NCBI RefSeq assembly: GCF_009914755.1 | Contig: NC_060933.1 | Reading direction: 5' to 3' (one strand) | Source of the DNA: the human T2T-CHM13v2.0 reference genome, Homo sapiens | Length of the DNA: 64,000 bases | Shown: piece by piece, positions 54,456 through 64,000 of the stretch | Numbering within the stretch: the first letter of the stretch is position 1 | Layout of the letters: each line of letters starts with the position of its first letter | The notes under the pieces: model-generated | Told to the model about the DNA's origin: nothing | The model's database searches: none | The model's input: only the letters and a program-made list of their open reading frames with translations | Translations under genes and position numbers: made by a program

Positions 54456-55128
54456 AAATCAATAACTAGAGGAAGTAGAGTATTGTATTACTTTTTAAAT
54501 AAATTACTAAATGAAACTTTAAATTCATTTGACTAATTATATGATACTTCAAGATCCATTGTACTTAGAGGTGTGGATTTGTGTTTAGAATAGTCAATAA
54601 ATTATGTAATTAATAAGCACCCAGATGAAACACAATTTAAGCAAGTAACCTCCAACTCAATGATAAGGTAGTATTCTTTTTAAATTTTTCTGATCATTGA
54701 CTTATTATCATAAGCCAGATAACTAAATCAGGATAATGTTTCAGTATTAGAAAACCTACCATAAAATAAAAATGTTTAATCAATTTAATAACCATTTTCA
54801 AACACAGTGTAAGAGAAACGATTATTTTTACAGGAATATTAGAATTTCTAAGTAACTGTAACTGCAATAAAAAATGATTGCTAATGAATGCTGTTCTGAA
54901 ATCTAAGTGATGCACAATTATGTATATTTTATATTTTTTAGTCAGAAGTCTTTAATGATAACTGCTATCAACTCTTTTCTTAAACAAATTTAATTTTAAA
55001 TATTGTAATTTATTTTTACCATGAAATAAATTTTATCTGAAGTTTTGCTGGGGCTTTAACATTATTAAATAATGTTACGAAATGGTATAATTTAGCAATA
55101 GCAATGTATAAAAGACAGCATTTATTAG

Positions 55129-55439
<311 letters not shown>

Positions 55440-56333
55440 TCCAGAATGATTTTTTAAATTTAGAAATATCCCTGCATCTCACTCTAACAATCATATTTAA
55501 ACCCTCATGAAACCCTTAGCATTCTCACACATCAGTTGTTTTTCTCTGCCTCTGTTTTCTTTCTTTCCTCTTCTGTCCCGTAAAAGAAACATGACCATGA
55601 ATTTCAAGAAAATGCTGTTGCCATCTTTCAGTAGCTAATAGTTACCTTCAAGTCGCCTTCAGGGTATCCTATTTGTTGCCCTTTTTGTGGGCGCTCAGAT
55701 TTCAGATCAACTTTATAGGAAATGCACGTCCACATTTAATGATAGGGTCCAAGTGATTTTGATGAATGTCTGTCCCCTAGCCCTGATTGACACCAGCAGG
55801 CTGTGGAGGATGACAAATTGTCAGACAACAGATCAATCTGTTTTCTCCTTTAAGTAATGAGGAATGAAAGGGCAGAAGCATGGGGCAGGGGGTGCTTTCT
55901 GTGATTAGCTGGAGGCCTACTGAAGATGTTTGTAAATCAAACATGTTAGCAGTCTGTGTGTACTTGTTATACATGCAGTAGTGTTCATGTTTGAGTGATG
56001 AGGATCGAATACTCAACAGATACCTTCAACAATAAAACCACACTTAAAAATGATGAGAAGAAAGGTATTGAACAAGCTGTGAATGTAAAACTGAGTGTTT
56101 CCTGAGAATGAAAAGAATATGTTGAGTAGGGAGATGAAAGGTATTAATAAAACAGCTTGAATTGTAGATGTTTGAAGATTGGGAAACCATATTAATGATT
56201 GACTATCTTTTTTTTCAAGTAATGAAGAGTACCTTGAATTATAAAATGTTTGTCTGGGGGCACAATTCACAGAGGCTGTGCCTGGAAATTATTAGGAAAT
56301 ATGTGTGTCATCTCACCTAATTTTGTCAACTCA

Positions 56334-56650
<317 letters not shown>

Positions 56651-57766
56651 TAAAGAGAGACCTACATAAAAATCTATAAATTTTCATGGAAGTTATACAC
56701 ATTTTCTACTATTTTTCCAGAATCAACAAGTTAGAATTTGTCATTTTTTGGCAATATGATATACTTGATGCAAGACAACAGGAATAAAAGTTTGAGACTT
56801 AGAACAAACACATGTTAATGCCAAGCCTATTAAGTGACCTTTGAACCTCCCTTCCAACATGGGTATATATCACCTAGAAATGTTTTTGTTTGTTCTTTTG
56901 GGTACAAAGTGAACATTGTGTAGTGAGTTTAAGCAAAAATAATAATGACAATAATAACTATTAAAATAATGATAGAAGGAACATTTCTTAGTATTCAGGG
57001 AACAGAATACAACTTAGGCATAGAGACAAATTTTAGCCTGGGACTCAGGAATCAATCTCTTTCTCTCTCTCTCATCTGCATTTTTCCTTAATACAAACCC
57101 TTCAGTCCTCTTCATACAGACTAGATACTTACTTCTTCATAGAAATCAGATGGGTACTATTAATATTTTAGTTTAAAAAATCTGTTTCCTCTAATTGATT
57201 AGTCAGATGGAAAGAATTATTATATCTACATTTTAAATCCACAAACCAGACTTTGGATGGTATAAATTACTTCACATGCCCAACTTTGGACCGACTAATT
57301 ATGGCCAAAAAAGTGAAGCCAAGTATTCTGAGTGTGCCTATGACCATGGAAGGAAAGGCAGAGGCTGTTTCCAGAAAATGGGAGACAGTTGCTCCCAATG
57401 GCAGCTGTACTGATAGCCAAAACAGTAGGTTTCTACTACAAAGAATATTGTTAAAAATTCTGATGAAAATTATATGGAACTTTATTTCTCAAAGTCTTTC
57501 AGTACAAGGTCTTTGGTGCTCCTGGAAAAAATTCTCAACCCTAAAACAAATACCAACATATAAAATAGTATTAAATTTTTAATTACTAGAAATTTTAAAC
57601 ACCGAAACATTTATTTTTATTATACAATTATAAGGATATAGCATATTAATTAAAATGAGTGAAACCCAGTTTATAAAGAAGTTAAGTCTTGAAGGCTGAT
57701 AGATGTCTCTGATGTTTGGAAATGAGCAGATTAGTCTACACTCCTTGCAACATGGATAAATTGTTT

Positions 57767-57768
<2 letters not shown>

Positions 57769-57816
<48 letters not shown>
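57769..57816. repeat. Perfect (AC)24 microsatellite
   Basis: Direct reading. Confidence 0.97.
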
Positions 57817-57820
<4 letters not shown>

Positions 57821-60057
57821 CAAAAGCAGCACTTATAATGCCTATTATGAGGGACAAGGGGAATTGGATTATTTGCTAAGGTTTTGCCCATGAAAATACA
57901 TTAGAAAGTGTAGGTAATAAACTGTGTACTGAAACAATTTGCTTACCTGTAAATTCTATAATTATAAATTTAATATGTTAAGTTCATCTGAAATAAATGA
58001 AGATCTCTACAAGTATTCTACAAAGAAATTGAATTGGTAGTTTAATCTTCAGTTTCCTAGGTTTTGTTTGGATGTTTGTTTTTTTCAATATAAGGACTTT
58101 GAAATAACAAGTCAATGTTAGGAGACATCTTGACTAATTCCTACACTCTACAGACATTTTTCTTGCCATACTTTCCCCTGTCTCTCAATTCAATCATTCC
58201 CATGACCTAAGCCATTTCCTGGGGTTGCAAGATACCTTACATATTCTGCCCACATAACAATGTACAAATTCCCCCCAAAAGTATATCAAATAAGAAGTTT
58301 GAACTTCATTTTCTCAAAGCCATTCAGTCTTTTCTACAGAAACTAGTAAAATGGGATATCAAATTTTATGTTTTAAATAAGACAATATAGTGGATATCAT
58401 ATACCAAAATCAGTTGTGAAAAAAACTCATAAATTTTCAAAAAAAGTTAGATACTCAAAACTTATCACATAATATCTAAACTTCTCTTTCACATTAATCG
58501 TATAAAATTCAAGTGAATGCGTGTCAGTTGCATTATGCCAAAATGACTTTTAGCATGCAAGGATTTTTGAACCATTTGCCGTTTTCTGGACATGGACTTA
58601 AAATTACAGTCTACTTTTTGCTTTAGTTCTAACATTATTTCCATATATCCTTGGGAAAGGCTATATGTAGCTGTATGAACGCAAATGTACAGGTTCTTTT
58701 CCTTTCTGTAAAGATATATATTTCAGCAGTCATCAAGGCTTTTCTCAGACACTTCTAGTTCTGGGACCCACTGATTTTATTGGATTACTCCAACTGTAAC
58801 ATTACACTGTAAGTCTGTACATTAGAATGATGTATCATAGTAATTCTAATGCAGTTATTCTGGTATGATTTAGATTCTAATCTGAAAGCATTATCTAGAT
58901 ATAATACTAAAGCAATCTCTTAGGAAGTTTTGTTCATTCCAGCAGAGAACAAAAAGTCCTATTTCATGCATGAATTATTAAATATGTACTTAAAGGGGTA
59001 GCAGCCCTTTTAATTTGGCCAAGTTCATTGTTTTAATTGGCAAAAATGACAAATGATCTAAAGTCTGAAGAATCCAGAGCCAAGGGGAACAAAATAAAAG
59101 GAAGCAAAGAATGCAAACTTGACCTACAACTGAGTTATGTTCTGATAAGAGTGGAAAAAATTTTAGTAATTGTTAGAGCTACCAATTAGTGTTCAACTCT
59201 ATAGAAGAAATAAAAAATTAAAAAAAGATTTTTTCAACAATTGAGGGCTGTAAACATAGAGACTTTCATCTTATAAAATGCTACTCAAAGAAAGTAATGT
59301 TTCAGGCCCTTATAGGAGACTGGGCATGCAATTAAAGCAGGTGAGAAACTTAGTGGAGCAGTGCTTGAGCGTATTAAAATGGAAACACGCGTGGTCTCCA
59401 GATTTAGGTACTTACAGTTTCATCTTGGTGACATTTCTTTTATTATAGTTTAACTACATATCAATACCTCACAAAGCAAGAGAGCGGCTTCTGTTCCACA
59501 TCCGGATACTAGTAAGAATATCCAATCATCCTCACAGTTGTGCAACTCCATTTTCTTTAGAACAATAAATACAAAAAAGAGAATTAGTAGGCCAATAAAA
59601 TATAAATAAAAAATTTGTAGCATTCAGACCCCAAATATACAAAAGTCAGAATAGCTATTTCCTTATATTTTGCAGTACAGATCCATGATGAAAATCTGAA
59701 TTTGTAGGGACATGGTCCTCACAATCAAAGACTGATGTAGGAAAACCTACAGGGCAGTGTTTTTTCTTTTCATTAAAAAAGTTTGCAAACATTTAAAAAA
59801 GTCTAAGGAATAGTAATAGACATCCCTATACATCCCAAAGTAGTTAGAATGTTTACATATTTTTTCTATCCTTATGTGTGTATCAACACACACACACAAA
59901 CACACACACACACACACACACACAGGGCTATAGGTGTTTTTGGTGTTAAACTATTTAAAAAGAAATCATAGGAATTACTACACTTCACTCCTATGTACTT
60001 TAGCACGCATCTTCTAAGGAAAAAGACTTCTTCCTATATAATTAATCCTATATAGGA

Positions 60058-60129
60058 TATATACTTATCACAACTAAGAACATTAACAATTATATACTTA
60101 TCACAACTAAGAAAATTAACAATTATATA
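60058..60129. repeat. 33-bp tandem duplication (2 copies plus 6 bp)
   Basis: tatatacttatcacaactaagaa[c/a]attaacaat at 60058-60090 and 60091-60123, one mismatch. Confidence 0.93.
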
Positions 60130-60305
60130 ACTGAATATTTATTCAATATTAAACTTTTTTCAATTGCTTTAGATTTGTTTTCCAAACCAGATTTCAGTAA
60201 AATCTCATATACATGAAATATGTATATAATATATACATATTTCACCCACTTTTTAGAGCAGTTTCAAGTTCACAGTGAAATTGAGCAGAAAGTGCGCAAA
60301 GTTTC

Positions 60306-60683
60306 TGTCTTAGTCTGTTGCGCTGCTATAACAAAATACCTGAGACTGGGTAACTTATAAAGGCGAAAATTAATTTCTCATATTCTGAAGGGTGGGAAGT
60401 CAAAGATCAAGGCACAGACATCTGGTGTCCAATCAGGTAATATTCAGAAGTGAAAAAAGTGGGGAGAGGCAGTGAAGACTAATGCTGTTTCCTCCCATGG
60501 TAGAATAGTAGAAGGGAGAGAATTCACTCCTGCAAGCCCTTTTTATAATGGCATTGATCTATTCATGAGGGTGGGCCGCTCATGCTCTAAACACCTCCCA
60601 AAAGGTTCCACCTCCCAATAAGGATGCACTGGAGATTAAGCTTCCAATACATGAATCTGGGGGGATGAATTTGGACCATAGCA
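60306..60683 (-). mobile_element. MST-type MaLR solo LTR
   Basis: tgtcttagtctgttgcgctgctataacaaaatacctgagactggg...attcatgagggtggg...accatagca. TSD gtttc/gttcc. Confidence 0.85.
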
Positions 60684-61877
60684 GTTCCCGACATGTTACA
60701 TTTTTTAAAAAGTTTCTCTTAATCTCCTTTCATCAAAAATATACCATTCCTTTTTATAAAAAAATCTTCTTCAGGATATGACTTGTTGAAGAATCCAAAG
60801 TGTCATAGAATATTCCATGTTCTGGATTGTCTGATTGCTGGTTATGTACTAAGTAACCCTATCAGCCTTATTTTCTATGAAGAGAAAATTAACTCTAAAG
60901 GCTTCCTTATATTTAAATTAATTTTTTAGACTACTTCATAAGAGGTACTTCTTAATTGGATCATATGACGGGAGCATATATGAGCTTGTCATAATATTAG
61001 TAATGTTAATTTGGACCACTTGTTTAAAGTGATAATCTGTAGAACTCCTCATTGTAGATATCTGATTGTTTCTTACAAATAGTACAAATCATCTCTCGGG
61101 TGATACCTTGGCATTGTGGGAGTAATTTCCCCCTGAAAAAAATACATTTTAATCTAGTGGTTTTTTAATATACTCACCAACTGAGCCTGAAGTAATGATG
61201 GGAATTGCAAATTGATAAAATAATTCTATCACTTTTAATATTAATCAACTGAAATTCCTCCATCAAGAGAAGCCTTCCCTGATCAACACTTTGTGGTTTT
61301 TAAATTTAAGCTTTTAAACTCTTCCTTTAAAAAAGGTGTTGAAAAATTTGTTGCCAGGTAGTAACATTAGTGCAAGATGAACTGAGGTTTGTGTATGTGG
61401 ACTGGGTGTTCATTTACTTTTTCTTTATAAAAGTCTGTATTGTTTTATGATAAATTAAACATACATAAATATTGTAATTAAAAATGTAGGAACATTTAAA
61501 TTAACTCTTTCTTCCCAATTTGAAATTTTTACTCAATTACTTTGTGAACAAAAATACACATTTTTGAGCACTTAATGTGTGCTGGACAATTTATAAAGTA
61601 AAAACTATTCTTTCTAGTATAAGTCATCATTTTTCAGAAGAGAAGATTTATATGGTTAAACCTATTGCTGAATATTTAATTACCAAATGTGCTTCAGAAC
61701 CAAGATTGCAACATAACTATTTTCCATTCAAGAAATTTTTGTCTTCTGCATTGTTTCTATCAACTCTGTTCTACAAAGACACAAACTTCATACCAGTTAT
61801 ATCAAACTTTTTAATTCATGGAACTGAAATGGACTTAGGGTCTATTGAAAAAAAGTGGGTTTGATTATGATTTTAAA

Positions 61878-62448
61878 ATGTACTGAGATTCTGTTTTTCA
61901 TTCAGGTATGCGCGGTGAGGTCACTAATAAAGGGATTATTGCCAGTTAAAAGATAGCTTGTTAAGCACAGTTCCCAAGAAGAAGGGGAACACTACACCAC
62001 TCAGGGCCATATGTGGGAGCACCAGGAACAGTCCAAAGGCACAAGGAATGAGGGGAAAGCAAGGCCAGTTCCTTTATTGAGGTTTTGGTGGGAAGGAACG
62101 GGTCAGGCAAGATGAGCAGTTTGGTGGGAAGGAATGGGTAGGCAAGATGAACAGTTTACAATTCGTGTAAATAATTTCAGTAGGGACTGGGCCATAAAGG
62201 TGGTCCCTATTTTTCTGGAACCTGGCACTGCAAGGTAATTCAGACCGCAAGAGCCTGATAAAAGCAGGTGGATGGCAGTATGGAATAGGGATTTGTTGGT
62301 CTGCCTATTAAAAGCAGCCTCACAGGCAAGGGTTTTGCTGTCTCTGAGAATTAGCTAACCTTGAGAGGAGCAGTCCCTTCCTGGGTCCACAAGGCCCCAA
62401 GATGTCAAAGCATCATAAAGTATAGAAAATAAAAACATGATTAACACA
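61878..62448 (-). mobile_element. MER76-like ERVL solo LTR with an internal 36-bp tandem duplication (62084-62154)
   Basis: The reverse complement starts tgtgttaatcatgtttttattttctatac...gatgctttgacatcttggggccttg...gggactgctcctc, as in MER76. Confidence 0.75.
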
Positions 62449-64000
62449 ATCAGGAAGGAATATTATCTAAAAACTAAGAAACTAAGTGTGAATGAGTTAA
62501 ATTTGTCCATAAAGAAATTTAATAGTATGAAATTATGTAGTGATAACATGTAAGTATAACTAATAGACTTATAAATCATGTATCAATTAATAAATGCTAT
62601 ATTCCACTTCATTTTATATGATTTATCTATTTTAGGGATTGAATTGTATTTTTCATTGACACAGAAGCATACAATACATTTATATGGAAATATATCAGAA
62701 ACATCTTATCAGTAATATGACCATAATTTTATTTTTAAGGAAACCGATTATTTACCTAAAACCATCAGAAATTTTACTATTGTTTAATTTTTGTGCTAGA
62801 GATTAGCAGAAGTGTTCTAGATGTTCCAATACTTTCATTTTAAAATACTAATATTTGTGGAGACTTTATGTGTAGTTTTTGTGCCATATGAGCATTCTGT
62901 ATAGTCGGTAATATTGTTATGATATAGAGGTAGCATTTTCTCTAAAAGTGAAAAATATTTGTTGTTACACTTATCACTACCAATATATTTATTAATTTTA
63001 GTAGCAATCCTGTTATTGGCACAGAATGACAGTTCTGCATTTATGAGATGTCAGTTGCAGTGATGTAAGATTTACAAGATGTTAGGTGACTTCCATCTGA
63101 GTGGCAATGGAGCATCTGCTAGTGCATATGATCAAGCAGAGGACACAGATACCAAGTGCTGAAAGCAGCAGTCTGACTCTCATCCTGTTGGATAAGTAGA
63201 TTATTTTTGGCTTTACCAACATATCAGTGGAATTAAAATAAACTTACAGTAATCCTATTAGCTTCTAAAAATAGTTATAAGTTTATTTTTGACACCTAGG
63301 ATGTTAATATAGACATGACAAATTGTAAGAAACCACTTTTCTGGTGTCTAAATGCTACTGTTTACATGAAAATCTTGTATATCTTCTGTTCTGGGTAACC
63401 ATTTCTCTAGAAAATCAAGGTTAGCTCATGGTCACTAGGGTCAGGTTTCTCCATTAAAGTTTCTCCATTCCAGTTAAGTTTGTTTGGTTTCTTTCATTAA
63501 ATGTTTAATGGTATATGCCTTGCATACTCTGGCTTCATTTTAAAAAGGAATTGAAAAAGAAGTATAAGTACATCAACAGAAATTTACCATTTCTGTAGCT
63601 TATTTGGTTTATCATTGTTCATTATTTAGACCTAATCTTATTTAAGATCAAAGAACTGTATCTGCTTTCAGAAGAAAAGTATAACAGGATAAAAATATAA
63701 AGAATAGGGCAATTAAATGATAGAAGATTTTTTAAAAATGGAAAACATATTGTAGCTGATGACAAAGTTGGGAGGTGAAAATTCAAATTCTAGCCTATAT
63801 TGGGCCACAAACTAGGATAGTGTATTTTTTCACAGTCAAAGCTAGAGAGAAGCTGGGTTGAGTTATGAGAGGTACAGCACCATTAACTGAGAAATGTTGG
63901 AAAGTGGCAAGTAAAAACATGTATTCTTTTCAGTGCCAGGGTAATAACGTATAATACAATTACAAAGTAGAAACCTGGATTTTTAGAGGATCTACAAACA

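Larger units (their letters stand above)
59760..61280 (-). mobile_element. Old L1MC/ME 3'UTR fragments interrupted by a CA repeat (59887-59923) and an LTR
   Basis: acttcactcctatgtactttagcacgcatcttctaag...ttcctatataa; tgtcatagaatattccatgttctggattgtctgattgct. Confidence 0.55.

Noticed and set aside
57253-57582. 109-codon ORF in unique DNA; likewise 39299-39643 and 44048-44368
   Set aside because: Non-ATG starts, no recognisable domain, and lengths compatible with chance.

Overview
This is an AT-rich, CpG-poor stretch of anthropoid primate (most likely human) nuclear DNA, either intergenic or deep intronic. It is not microbial. I recognise no host protein-coding exon, RNA gene, CRISPR array or CpG island. 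The recognisable content is a mosaic of interspersed repeats: a 5'-inverted L1PA with a 12-bp TSD (510-2823), older L1PB/L1M pieces, ten Alus (J, S and Y lineages), MaLR and ERVL LTRs (one with internal sequence), hAT and Tigger MITEs, a nearly full-length but dead HSMAR1 mariner (50394-51651), MIR/L2 relics and microsatellites. The recognisable proteins in the ORF track are L1 ORF2 or mariner transposase remnants; the rest look like repeat read-throughs or chance ORFs. I could not support a novel biological system. The best leads are modest: a chimeric RT ORF made by the L1 inversion junction, retroelements inserted at DNA-transposon termini, a microsatellite born inside a TSD, an old 54-bp duplication bracketing an LTR, a palindrome/(AT)n cluster, and a few candidate enhancers and exons in unique sequence. 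Subfamily names come from remembered consensus sequences, and boundaries of old elements are approximate.
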